From assembly GCA_963806225.1 (NCBI GenBank), contig CAWDXG010000001.1, positions 160,001-224,000 of the forward strand: a stretch of DNA of 64,000 bases. The letters run 5' to 3'. Numbering within the stretch: position 1 is the stretch's first letter; every line of letters starts with the position of its first letter. The notes under the pieces are model-generated. The model made no database searches. It was not told the origin of the DNA and was given only the letters and a program-made list of their open reading frames with translations. This DNA comes from an uncultured delta proteobacterium. Lineage in GTDB: Bacteria; Myxococcota_A; Polyangia; Polyangiales; Polyangiaceae. Both the position numbers and the translations under genes were made by a program. Below, in pieces: positions 20,481-29,990 of the stretch.

Positions 20481-23003
20481 ATGCTGGACCGGCCTCTGCG
20501 AGCACTGAGCGAGCTGGTCATCCGCCGCCGCGCGCTGGTCCTGGTCGCACTCGCTCTTCTGGCTGTCGGGCTCGGACTGGGGCTCCGCCACCTGACCTCG
20601 GATCCATCGCCGGAGGGAATGGTGGCCAACTGGCAGAACCAGCGGGTCATCACCCAGCAGTTCCGGCGGTCCTTCGGCGACCGCGCGGCGACACTGCTGG
20701 TGCTGGTGCAGGCGCCGGACGTTCTGGCGCGGGGGCCGCTGGCCTACAACGCACGTCTGTCGCACCGGCTCGAGAAGCTCGCCAGGGTGTCGCGCGTCGA
20801 CAGCATCACGGTGACGGCGCTGCCCCACAAGAGCGGCATCAAGGCCGAGGAGCAGCTACCCGTCGACACCGAGCTCGAGAAGGAACTCCTCGGCGAGAGT
20901 CCCGGGCCCGACGACAAGAAGCCCGACGAGGCGCCGGCGACAAGGGGCATCGAAGGCCGACCGGATCTCGGTGCAGCGACGGTGGAGCCCATCGTCGACG
21001 GCGACACGAAGCACTTCCCCCGCGGCCTGATGTCGCTGTCGGCGCGGGTCGACGACGAGGGTCTGGTATCTGCTCCGTTGGTCCACGGCGACAAGGTCAG
21101 CGACCGGGAGCTTCACGTGGTCCGTGACACGCTTTCGCACTCGCGACTCGTCACGGGCAAGCTCTTGAGCAGGGATCACAAGTTGACCGTGATCGCGCTC
21201 TCCCTTGCGCCGGCACTCACCGACTTTGGCGCCCAGCGCGCTGCTGTGGGCCGCGTCGAGCAGGTGATCCACGCCATGCCGCGGCCGGACAGCGTCCACG
21301 TGCGCCTCGGCGGACTGCCCTATCTGCAGCAGAGCATCGTGCGCAAGATACAGCACGATCAGAGGGTCTTGATACCCGCGACGCTCGTGGTGTGCGTGGT
21401 GATCCTGTTCTTGTCGTTCCGCTGGTGGCCCGGCGTCATCCTGCCCCTGTCGGCGGTGGGGATCACGACGCTGATGTTGCTCGGCGGCATGGGATGGGTT
21501 CATGAGCCGATGAACATCCTGAACAACATCCTGCCGACACTTCTGATCATCATCGGCATCAGCGACTCGATCCATCTCGTTGCGCGCTACCGGGACGAAC
21601 ACGCCAAGAACGAGGATCGGATCGAATCGGGGACGATCACCCTGCACAGCATGGCCGCGGCCTGCTTCTTGACGTCACTCACGACCAGCGTGGGCTTCGC
21701 GTCGCTTGCGTTCGCCGACACGCCGATGCTCCAGCACTTCGGCGTGATCGCCGGCATCGGCGTGCTGATCGCGTACGTCGTCACGATAACCCTGCTGCCG
21801 TCCACGCTCACCCTGGTACGCCCGCCCAGGGTCGACAGGACAAGCCGTGCGGGATGGTTGGAGAAGATGGTAGTGGGCGTGACGGCGTGCATCCTCAGGC
21901 GGCCATGGCCCGTCGTGGTCGCTGCCGTCGCGGTCTTTCTGCTCTCCCTGTTCGGGGCCACCCGTCTCGTGATCGACGTCCACCTGCTCGATCAGTTCAC
22001 GCCGGGCGACGACGTGTACGAGACCACCGTGCTGCTCCAGCGGGAGCTCCAGGGGGTGCGTCCGCTGGAGGTTTTCCTGCAGAGCGACAATCCCGATCGC
22101 TTCCACGACCCGAAGGTCATCGCCGGAATCGAGAAGGTCGCGCGCTGGGCTGAAAGACGCCCCGGCGTGCTCGCGACCACCAGCTACGCCGACTACCTGC
22201 ACTCGGTGGAGTCGCTGCTGACGGATGACCCGACGACCTGGAAGCAGCCCTTCCGGACGAAAGCCCAGGTGGCCGCGCTAGAGGCGGTTGCGAACGCCGG
22301 CAAGGACAAGCCGCTCCGGGCCTATCTGTCCAAGGACGGCAAGCGGGCGCGGCTCACTCTCAGCTTTGCCGACATCGGTGCGCGCAGTACCAACCACGAC
22401 ATCGATCTGCTCGAGCAGGAGCTCGACGACCACGTCCGTTCGCTGGGCGGCATCCGTTACCAGCTGCTCGGCGAGGCGTACACCGGATCGCGCGCGCTCG
22501 ACGCCGTCGTGACCGACCTCCTGTACAGCCTGATGGGCGCCACCGTGGTCATTTTCGTCATCCTTACGCTGCTGTTCCGCAGTCTGCGTCTCGGCCTGCT
22601 CAGCATCCCTCCCAACGTGATTCCGATCGTGGGGACAATGGCCTACATGGCAGCGCGCGGGATTGCGTTGTCCACGGCTACGGTGATCATCTTTGCGATC
22701 AGTATCGGGCTCGCGGTGGATGGTTCGATCCACGTCGTCGTGCGGTTCCGCGAGGAGATGCGGGGTGGCCTCGGCGTCAACGCAGCCCTGCTCAGAGCGG
22801 CGCGCGGTACCGGGCGGGCGATCGTCGTGACCTGCGCGACGCTCGTCCTCGGCTTCTCCGTGTTGATGATGAGCTCTTTCGTGAGCGTGCGGCAGTTCGG
22901 CGAGCTCATCGCGGTTACCGTGCTCACCTGCCTGTTCTCGACCCTCCTCGTCCAGCCCGCGCTGCTCAAGGTGGGGATGCCGCGCTCGCGCGCCTCGATC
23001 TGA
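20481..23003 (+). CDS. MMPL family (RND superfamily) transporter
   Basis: Two TM clusters with IGISDSIH and GLAVDGSIH motifs and two large periplasmic loops. Confidence 0.9.
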   Translation: MLDRPLRALSELVIRRRALVLVALALLAVGLGLGLRHLTSDPSPEGMVANWQNQRVITQQFRRSFGDRAATLLVLVQAPDVLARGPLAYNARLSHRLEKLARVSRVDSITVTALPHKSGIKAEEQLPVDTELEKELLGESPGPDDKKPDEAPATRGIEGRPDLGAATVEPIVDGDTKHFPRGLMSLSARVDDEGLVSAPLVHGDKVSDRELHVVRDTLSHSRLVTGKLLSRDHKLTVIALSLAPALTDFGAQRAAVGRVEQVIHAMPRPDSVHVRLGGLPYLQQSIVRKIQHDQRVLIPATLVVCVVILFLSFRWWPGVILPLSAVGITTLMLLGGMGWVHEPMNILNNILPTLLIIIGISDSIHLVARYRDEHAKNEDRIESGTITLHSMAAACFLTSLTTSVGFASLAFADTPMLQHFGVIAGIGVLIAYVVTITLLPSTLTLVRPPRVDRTSRAGWLEKMVVGVTACILRRPWPVVVAAVAVFLLSLFGATRLVIDVHLLDQFTPGDDVYETTVLLQRELQGVRPLEVFLQSDNPDRFHDPKVIAGIEKVARWAERRPGVLATTSYADYLHSVESLLTDDPTTWKQPFRTKAQVAALEAVANAGKDKPLRAYLSKDGKRARLTLSFADIGARSTNHDIDLLEQELDDHVRSLGGIRYQLLGEAYTGSRALDAVVTDLLYSLMGATVVIFVILTLLFRSLRLGLLSIPPNVIPIVGTMAYMAARGIALSTATVIIFAISIGLAVDGSIHVVVRFREEMRGGLGVNAALLRAARGTGRAIVVTCATLVLGFSVLMMSSFVSVRQFGELIAVTVLTCLFSTLLVQPALLKVGMPRSRASI

Positions 23004-23004
23004 T

Positions 23005-23334
23005 TCAGCCGGCCGGCGACTTCAGGCCGGCCAGCAGCCACTCGAGCTCCGGCACCGGCGTGTCGAACTCGACAGCGAGGCGGTGCGGCCAGAGGCCGTG
23101 CGGATCATCCGTGTTCGGCTCGACGCGCACCACGTGGCCTGTCAGCTCCTGGATTCCCTGCGAGTCGGGAGTGCGCAGCGTGATGTGCACCTCCGACCCC
23201 GGGTCGAGCGTACTGGCTGCGACCATCAGCACGCCGCCCTGGCTCGCGTTGTGCGTGACCGCGATGCCCTCCTTCAGCGAGTCCACCTTGACCGGTAGCC
23301 AGACCTCGAAACGGTGCTCGGTGCGACGCTCCAT
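23005..23334 (-). CDS. PilZ domain protein
   Basis: ERRTEHR (RxxxR) and NASQGG (D/NxSxxG); ends LAVEF. Confidence 0.85.
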   Translation of the reverse strand: MERRTEHRFEVWLPVKVDSLKEGIAVTHNASQGGVLMVAASTLDPGSEVHITLRTPDSQGIQELTGHVVRVEPNTDDPHGLWPHRLAVEFDTPVPELEWLLAGLKSPAG

Positions 23335-23401
23335 GATCGGACATGATAGCCCAACGCGGGGCCCGTATGAAGCGCGTCCGGAAAAGCGCGGTCGTCGCTC
23401 G

Positions 23402-23821
23402 TCAGAGCGCCGCGCCGAACAGATCGCGGAAGCTCTCCTGGTCGTCCTCGGAGATGCGACCTGCTAGCCCCACGCGCAGCGAGATCGTGACGTCGTCGCC
23501 CCACGGCCACCACAACCCGAACGCGATCACGCGCGCGGCCGGATCGGTTGCCAGCACGAGCTGCTCGGCCCGCACTCCGCCGGAGGTCTCGGCGATTTCG
23601 CGGATGATGTCCGGCGCGGTTTCGATGTTCCCCGCCGACCATTCGTTCGGGAGCGCGCGCGTCGCGGCGGTGCGAGCTTCGTCCATGAGCTCGACGCTGA
23701 ACGAGGAGGACACGCAGGACAGCCGACCATCCCAGCTCCACCCGCCGCCCGGCCAGGCCGCACGCAGACGGACTAGCGAGTCGAACAGCGGGCTGGACGC
23801 GAAGCGTTCGCTGGTGGGCAT
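23402..23821 (-). CDS. Hypothetical protein
   Basis: 139 aa with WSWD and GLWWPWG motifs; extended -10 directly upstream. Confidence 0.65.
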   Translation of the reverse strand: MPTSERFASSPLFDSLVRLRAAWPGGGWSWDGRLSCVSSSFSVELMDEARTAATRALPNEWSAGNIETAPDIIREIAETSGGVRAEQLVLATDPAARVIAFGLWWPWGDDVTISLRVGLAGRISEDDQESFRDLFGAAL

Positions 23822-24053
23822 GAGGGCAACGTTAGCACTCCTCCCGCCGGGAGGGCGCGCTCCTGGTGGTAGTCGGGAGGAAAACGTGCGAAGCCGCGCC
23901 GCTTGTGCTTATCTCATGCGGCTCTCGCTGGAGCTCGAGCGGCGGTTGCCGAGACGGGCTGGGACGCTCCCGATTCGTCGCCTAGGGCGCGCCGGCCGGC
24001 TGCTCGTCGACCAACCGGCCCTGTCGCCTGGCTCCGTTTCCCTTTCGGTACCC

Positions 24054-24971
24054 ATGCACATTCTCGACATTTTCGCGCAACAGTCCCCGACGTTCTCGTT
24101 CGAGTTCTTTCCGCCCAGGACGGCGGCTGCGGCGGAGGCGCTCTACCAGACGATCACGCAGCTGGAAGCTCTCAAGCCCTCGTTCGTATCGGTCACCTAC
24201 GGTGCCGGGGGCTCGACCGGCGAGCTCACACACGATCTCGTCCTGCGCATCCGCAGCACGACCAGCATCGAGGCTGTCCCGCACCTGACCTGCGTCTGCC
24301 ACAGCGAGTCCGAGGTGGAACAGCTCCTTGTGCGCTACGCCAAGGCCGGCGTGAGCAACATCCTCGCGCTCGGCGGCGACCCGCCGCGCGACAAGCCGGA
24401 CCACGATCGGTCGAAAGATGCGTTCCGCTACGCGGCGGATCTGGTGCGCTTCATCCGCCGCTTCAACGTCGGCGGCGCGCACCCGGATACGCGCGGCTTC
24501 GGTATTGGAGTGGCCGGATTTCCGGAGGGGCACCCAGCGACGCCGAACCGCCTGGTCGAGATGGACCACCTCAAGGCCAAGGTCGACGCGGGCGCGAGCT
24601 ACATCTGCACGCAGATGTTCTTCGACAATCACGACTTCTACGATTTCCGCGAGCGCTGCGAGCTGGCCGGTATCGAGGTGCCGATCCTTGCCGGCATCAT
24701 GCCGATCACGACAACGAAGGGCATGAAGCGCATGGCCGATCTCGCGGCAGGCTGCCGGTTCCCCGCCGCGCTGCTGCGCGCAGTCGCCCGTTGCGGCGAG
24801 GACCCGGAGGCGGTCAAACGCGTCGGCGTGCATTGGGCGACCGAGCAGTGCCGCGCTCTGCTCGACAACGGCGTTGCCGGCATCCACTTCTATACGTTGA
24901 ACAAGTCCGACGCGACCCGCCAGATCTACGCGAGCCTGGGCGTGAGCGACAGCGAGGCACTGCAGCAGTAG
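24054..24971 (+). CDS. metF: Methylenetetrahydrofolate reductase
   Basis: FSFEFFPP, FVSVTYGAGG, PHLTC, FPEGHP, KVDAGA, TQMFFD, HFYTLN. Confidence 0.95.
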   Translation: MHILDIFAQQSPTFSFEFFPPRTAAAAEALYQTITQLEALKPSFVSVTYGAGGSTGELTHDLVLRIRSTTSIEAVPHLTCVCHSESEVEQLLVRYAKAGVSNILALGGDPPRDKPDHDRSKDAFRYAADLVRFIRRFNVGGAHPDTRGFGIGVAGFPEGHPATPNRLVEMDHLKAKVDAGASYICTQMFFDNHDFYDFRERCELAGIEVPILAGIMPITTTKGMKRMADLAAGCRFPAALLRAVARCGEDPEAVKRVGVHWATEQCRALLDNGVAGIHFYTLNKSDATRQIYASLGVSDSEALQQ

Positions 24972-24990
24972 GCCGCGCGCGTCCCCCGGG

Positions 24991-25626
24991 CTACGGGCAG
25001 GGTTTGGTCGTCGAAGAGAGCTTCCAGCAGATGCAGCCCTGACCGAGCGCAGCGCAAACGAGCCCAAAGCCGCACTGCCCCGATCCGGTACACTTCGGGG
25101 CGCACAGCCAGTGGAACTTGCCGTCGTTGCACGTGCCCGTAGGGTAGTGCGTGTCGTAGACGCACTTCGTGCCGGACGGGCAGGTGTTGCCGCAGTTGCA
25201 GCCCTGCGCACCCTGGCTGCAGAGGGTGCCGGTGCACTTCTCCTCGCAGGTCGAGTCGCAGGCGTCCCCCGCGCCGTCGCCGTCCTGGTCGTCCTGGCAG
25301 GGATTGGCGACGAACGGGCAGTTGTCGGTCGCGTTGGGCACGCCGTCGCCGTCGGCGTCGCCTGCCGGATCGAGTCCAGCGTCCGTGCCGCCGGCATTGC
25401 CTGCGGAATCGGCGCCGGAGTCTACCGGGGCTCCACCACCGGTACCCGTGCCACCGGCGGCGTCGCCACCGGCGCCTATGCCGCCGGCACCCCCGAAGCT
25501 GGTCGAAGCGTCTGTGGCGCCCGCGGCGCCCGCCGTCGACGCATCGCCGGAACTCGCAGCGCTTCCGCCCCGGCCGCAGGCCGCGATGCCAAGAGCCAGA
25601 AACGCGATGGCGCGGCGGGGACGCAT
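24991..25626 (-). CDS. Cys-rich lipoprotein with TSP3 repeat
   Basis: Lipobox IAAC, Gly linker, DADGDGVPNATDNCP, Cys-rich C-terminus. Confidence 0.7.
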   Translation of the reverse strand: MRPRRAIAFLALGIAACGRGGSAASSGDASTAGAAGATDASTSFGGAGGIGAGGDAAGGTGTGGGAPVDSGADSAGNAGGTDAGLDPAGDADGDGVPNATDNCPFVANPCQDDQDGDGAGDACDSTCEEKCTGTLCSQGAQGCNCGNTCPSGTKCVYDTHYPTGTCNDGKFHWLCAPKCTGSGQCGFGLVCAALGQGCICWKLSSTTKPCP

Positions 25627-25782
25627 TCCGCGAGCCTACCGCCCGCGATTCAGGTCGACAAGAGGGGCATGCAGGCCCAGTGCCTGCGGCGCCCGCGCCC
25701 GCTCGACCGGAAATCGTCGGCGGCACGCCGCGTCATCAGCGGGCAGCGCATGACTTTGCCGTCAATTACCGCCGGGCGCGCC

Positions 25783-26220
25783 CTACGCCACTGCCCTGAG
25801 CACCTGCACCGCCATGCCGATCACGTCGAGAACACCGACGACGAACATGAGCGTGCGCCAGGGCTGGCGTCCCCAGAGGTAGAAGACCGAATGCAGCAGC
25901 CGTGCTGCGACGAACACGCTGAAGTACACCAGTGCGCCGGTCCGGGTTGCGCCCGACAGCGCGTACAGCGCGCCCACGACGAAGAAGGGCAGTGCGTTCT
26001 CCAGGGCGTTGGCATGTGCGCGTCGGGTGCGGGCCACGTCCGGGTGGTCAGCGTCGGCCTTCTCGGCCTTGTTGAGCGCGGCGTCCTCGGGATTCACGTA
26101 CTGTTTCCTCAACGTGCGCAACGTGCCCGTCCACAGTGCGAGTGCGAGCAGGTGCAGCGCGAGGACGGTGCTGGCGAGGGCGTAGAGGTTGAACGCGGGG
26201 CTGCTGAGGAGGTCGTGCAT
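25783..26220 (-). CDS. MAPEG family membrane protein
   Basis: NPED...RRAHANALEN..F, ARLLH; four TM segments. Confidence 0.9.
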   Translation of the reverse strand: MHDLLSSPAFNLYALASTVLALHLLALALWTGTLRTLRKQYVNPEDAALNKAEKADADHPDVARTRRAHANALENALPFFVVGALYALSGATRTGALVYFSVFVAARLLHSVFYLWGRQPWRTLMFVVGVLDVIGMAVQVLRAVA

Positions 26221-26314
26221 GCGGCTTCGAGCGTACCCGAGTCAGGGCCTCCCGCGGGCCTTTTCTGCTCGTGCGCGCTGCCTTGATCCGCTATGCGGAG
26301 GGCAAGGCATCTTC

Positions 26315-27889
26315 ATGGTGAAGCCAGGTATCGGGGGCCGCGTCCGGCGGACTCTTTTCAGGGTCGACACGCTTGCACTGTGCGTCCTGGTCGTGAGCTT
26401 CCTGGTCTTCTATGTCGAGACCCTTCTGCCGGGTATCGACTCCTTCGGCGATATCACCAAGGCGCAGTTCGTAGGCTATCTGCTCGGCACGACGCATCCC
26501 ACCGGCTACCCGCTGTACCTGATGCTGTCATGGGCCTACACGCATCTGCCGCTACCGGGGTCGCTGGCGTATCGGATGAACCTGCTCTCCGCGGTGTTCG
26601 CAACTCTAGCGCTGGTGTTCGTCTACCTCGCCCAGCGACAGTTGCGTGTTCGCCCCGCGGCCGCCCTGATCGGTGCAGCGGCTCTGGGGTTCAGTCACAC
26701 GTTCTGGTCGCAGTCGGTCATCGCCGAGGTCTACGCGCTCAACAGCCTGTTCATCGCTGCGCTGCTCTGGTCGCTGATCCGGTACGCACTGACGCGCGAG
26801 CGTCGCTGGTTCTTCATCAGCGCGGCCATCTACTGCGCGTCTTTCGACCATCACATGACGGTCATCACGCTGTTGCCTGCGTTCGCCGTGCTGACCCTGG
26901 CGACGGAGCCGGCGATCCTGAAGTCACCGAAAGCGGTGCTCGGCACCCTCGGCATGATCATCGCCGCCGCGTCGCTCTATCTGTACCCGCTCTGGCGTAC
27001 CCACGCCGGCTCGCTCTACCTGGAATATCACATCCACAACTTCAAGGAGCTCTCGAACTACATCGGCGGCGAACGCTATCGGCGCGTGATGTTCCAGTTC
27101 GGGTTCATGAAGCTCCTGTTCTCCCGTGCGCCGCGCTTCGTCGGGCAGCTGGTCGGCGAGCTGGGTGTGCTCGCCGTGTTCGCTGCGTGGGGGATCGGTG
27201 CGTGCCGTCCCCGGCTCGTCCGCGCAGGACTTTCGCTGGCTCTGCTCGGCGAGTTCATCTGGGTGCTCGGCTACAATATTCCGGATATCGCCATCTACAT
27301 GATCCCCGTGGTGCTGGTGATGTCGATCTTCGTGGGCGTGGGGGTGGAAGCGGCGCTGCGGGCGCTTCCCGGTTGGCGGGGCTGGGCGACTTTCGCGGGA
27401 GCTGCCGCGTGCCTGGTGGTGCTGCCGCTCCACAACTTCCGTCCAATGCAGCTCCACACCCGGGACGTCAGGTACGAGAAGACCGTGGACCACGCGCTCA
27501 CGCTGCTCGGTCAGCATGCCGTGGTTGCCGGCTGCGTGCACTACGGCCCACGCATGGCCTACGTGTACCACTTCTACGCACGCGGGCTCGACAAGAGCCG
27601 CGACCTTCACCTGGCCGGCCATGCCACCTTGCCCGGGATCCGCGCCTACCTACAGGGCAAGTCGCACCTCGTGGATTCCCACACGCAGACGAACATCCCG
27701 CCAGGGCGGCGCGTGTTCGTAGCGCCGTGCTTTTGGCGGAAGCCGTTCGGTCGCTACAGCCTCGCGTTGGGGCCGTCACGCTACGGGCTCAGGGAGGTGA
27801 GATTGCGAATGGAGCGGGCGGGTAGGCCCCCGCCGGCCCGTCCGCTGCCGTCGAGGCTGCAGAGCCCTCTCGGGTTGCGGGCGCGCTGA
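26315..27889 (+). CDS. DUF2723 / TMEM260-like GT-C glycosyltransferase (protein O-mannosyltransferase-like)
   Basis: GD...HPTGYPLY, RMNLLSA, FWSQSVIAEVYAL; multi-TM. Confidence 0.85.
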   Translation: MVKPGIGGRVRRTLFRVDTLALCVLVVSFLVFYVETLLPGIDSFGDITKAQFVGYLLGTTHPTGYPLYLMLSWAYTHLPLPGSLAYRMNLLSAVFATLALVFVYLAQRQLRVRPAAALIGAAALGFSHTFWSQSVIAEVYALNSLFIAALLWSLIRYALTRERRWFFISAAIYCASFDHHMTVITLLPAFAVLTLATEPAILKSPKAVLGTLGMIIAAASLYLYPLWRTHAGSLYLEYHIHNFKELSNYIGGERYRRVMFQFGFMKLLFSRAPRFVGQLVGELGVLAVFAAWGIGACRPRLVRAGLSLALLGEFIWVLGYNIPDIAIYMIPVVLVMSIFVGVGVEAALRALPGWRGWATFAGAAACLVVLPLHNFRPMQLHTRDVRYEKTVDHALTLLGQHAVVAGCVHYGPRMAYVYHFYARGLDKSRDLHLAGHATLPGIRAYLQGKSHLVDSHTQTNIPPGRRVFVAPCFWRKPFGRYSLALGPSRYGLREVRLRMERAGRPPPARPLPSRLQSPLGLRAR

Positions 27890-27982
27890 AGACCGGACGC
27901 GCCGGAAAGCAGCCGTGCCGGGCGCTAGAACGCAGGATCCGGTTGCGCACCACGCCCGTTCCCCGTCATTGTGAAGGCGCGC

Positions 27983-29059
27983 ATGAAAAAGGCTTCGATC
28001 GGGATTACCTGGATTCTTCTCTGCATGGTGCAGGCGAGCTGCTCGAGCTCGCCCGATCGCGGCGGCGTGGCGGGGGGCCCCGGCGGCAGCGGCGGCAGCG
28101 GCGGATTGGGTGTGGATGGCAGCGCAGGTTGGCCGTCCGGTGGTGCGAGCACGGGCGGCGCCGGCGGTTCGAGCACGGGCGGTTCGAGCACGGGCGGTTC
28201 GAGCACGGGCGGCACGGGCGGTTCGGCGGGCTCTTCGGGCGGCGGCGGCACGGCCGGCGGCGGCAACACCGGCGGCGGCGGCAACTACAACCCGATCTGC
28301 ACGGGGCCGCAGGCCGGCAAGTACTGCGGCGGCGACGCCATGAAGGACGCCGACCCCAACGTGCTCTACCACTGTCCCGGTGCGAACCAGGCGCCGGACA
28401 GCCAGACCGCGTGCCCCAATGGTTGCGTCGTCGAGTCGCAAGGTACCGCTGATCACTGCAAGACCGCGACCTCGCCGAACGGCTACAAGCTGCCGTGGAA
28501 GTCGGGAGTGAGCATGCAGCTCACGCAGGACTGCAACGATTCGTGCTGCAATGATCACGTTGGCAAGGACGGTTGGGCCTGGGATTTCGCCAACGGCGGG
28601 AGCTTCACCGTTGTCGCGGCCCGCGGCGGCACCATCACCCACCTGAAGACCAACTCCACAACCGGCTGCGGCTCGAGCTCGTGCGTCAACGACGCGAACT
28701 TCATCGTCATCGATCACGGCGACGGCACGCAGTCCACGTATCTGCACCTCCAGGGCAACAGCCTGAAGTCGGGCATTACGTGCGGCGCGACGGTAACGCA
28801 GGGGCAGGCCCTGGCGACGTCGGGCACGACCGGCTGGTCCACCGGCGTGCATCTGCACTTCCAGGTCTCGAAGGTGCACTCCGGCGCGGCCACGTGCGAG
28901 TGCGGCAGCGACGGCAAGGGTTGCAGCGCCAGCTCCGTCCCCTGGTCGAGCTTCTGGTCCAGCACAACCTACCCCACCGTTCCCATCCAGTTCGACGAGT
29001 GGCCCGCGTCCTCGTCCTGCAACAATCGCCGCATCACGCTGCCGGCGTCGCAGAACTAG
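27983..29059 (+). CDS. M23 family metallopeptidase lipoprotein
   Basis: Lipobox-like QASC, Gly/Ser/Thr linker, H...AWDF, YLHL, SGTTGWSTGVHLHF. Confidence 0.88.
   Translation: MKKASIGITWILLCMVQASCSSSPDRGGVAGGPGGSGGSGGLGVDGSAGWPSGGASTGGAGGSSTGGSSTGGSSTGGTGGSAGSSGGGGTAGGGNTGGGGNYNPICTGPQAGKYCGGDAMKDADPNVLYHCPGANQAPDSQTACPNGCVVESQGTADHCKTATSPNGYKLPWKSGVSMQLTQDCNDSCCNDHVGKDGWAWDFANGGSFTVVAARGGTITHLKTNSTTGCGSSSCVNDANFIVIDHGDGTQSTYLHLQGNSLKSGITCGATVTQGQALATSGTTGWSTGVHLHFQVSKVHSGAATCECGSDGKGCSASSVPWSSFWSSTTYPTVPIQFDEWPASSSCNNRRITLPASQN
28163..28207 (+). repeat. 15-bp tandem repeat x3 (GGSST linker)
   Basis: ggcggttcgagcacg repeated three times in frame. Confidence 0.85.
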
Positions 29060-29066
29060 CAGGCCG

Positions 29067-29990
29067 TCAGCTCATCTGCCGCGCCAGATACACGATGTCC
29101 TCGCCGCGCTCGGCGTTGGGCGTCGGCAAGAGCAGGAACGCCAGCTCGTTGACGAAGATGCTGACGCCATCGCCGCGACCGAGCTCCGCGCCGGGCGGGA
29201 GCGAGTCGAAGCTCCGGTAGTTCTGCGTCAGCGAAAAGCCGAGCGTCGGTTTGACCACGCGCGCGAAAAGCCGGTACGTCGGCCCGGGCTCGTCGGCGAT
29301 CGGATGATCCGTGACGCCGAGCGCACCCAGGAACCGCGTCAGCACCTCCCAGGCGTGATCCGTCGTCGCGGGGTCCTCGTGCTGGCCGCACTCCACGCTG
29401 AGGGCAGGGCGCCCGCGCTTGACCAGCGCGCCGATGCTCACGTGATCCATCAGCATCCCGGGACCGTCCCAGCCGTAGGTGACGCGCGCTCCGGTGTGGC
29501 GGGCCAGGGCGATGCCGTCGGGTGTACCATCGCAGATCGCGAACGGCACCGTGGGCTGCGTGGCCGAGTGCAGATCGATCATGCCGTCGAGGCCGGTCAT
29601 CAGCGGCCGGAGCTCCAGCGCGCGGTGATGCTCGTAGGTCCAGGCTTCGCGTGCCAGGTGGTCGACGTAGTGGTAGCTGAAGAGCCGGTTGATGTCGGTG
29701 CCGCCGGCCGTGTAGCGCCGCCCCGCGGCCGTCGCCTGCGGGTTGCCGTGGATGAGCACCAGCGTGCCCTTCTTCATCCGTCCGGCGAAGGTCTCCGCCT
29801 CGCGCTTGAGCTGCTCGAGCACGTGGAGGCCGCCGACCTCGTTGCCGTGCAGAGCGCCGATGACGCCGATGCGCGGGGACGGGAACGACGGGTCGCCGCT
29901 GAGCTCGTGGACGGCAGGGATCGAAGAGTGGGGACGAATCAACGCTGGCTCCTTCTGCCCCCCCGGGAAGAAGACCAGGTCTAGCATCAT
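29067..29990 (-). CDS. Succinylglutamate desuccinylase/aspartoacylase family (M14-like) hydrolase
   Basis: GALHGNE, GNP, DINRLF, IDLHS, VECGQH; ATG overlaps the upstream stop (ATGA). Confidence 0.88.
   Translation of the reverse strand: MMLDLVFFPGGQKEPALIRPHSSIPAVHELSGDPSFPSPRIGVIGALHGNEVGGLHVLEQLKREAETFAGRMKKGTLVLIHGNPQATAAGRRYTAGGTDINRLFSYHYVDHLAREAWTYEHHRALELRPLMTGLDGMIDLHSATQPTVPFAICDGTPDGIALARHTGARVTYGWDGPGMLMDHVSIGALVKRGRPALSVECGQHEDPATTDHAWEVLTRFLGALGVTDHPIADEPGPTYRLFARVVKPTLGFSLTQNYRSFDSLPPGAELGRGDGVSIFVNELAFLLLPTPNAERGEDIVYLARQMS

Noticed and set aside
23905..24053. Calling a canonical SAM-I or SAH riboswitch
   Set aside because: Core consensus segments could not be matched by eye; kept only as a low-confidence finding
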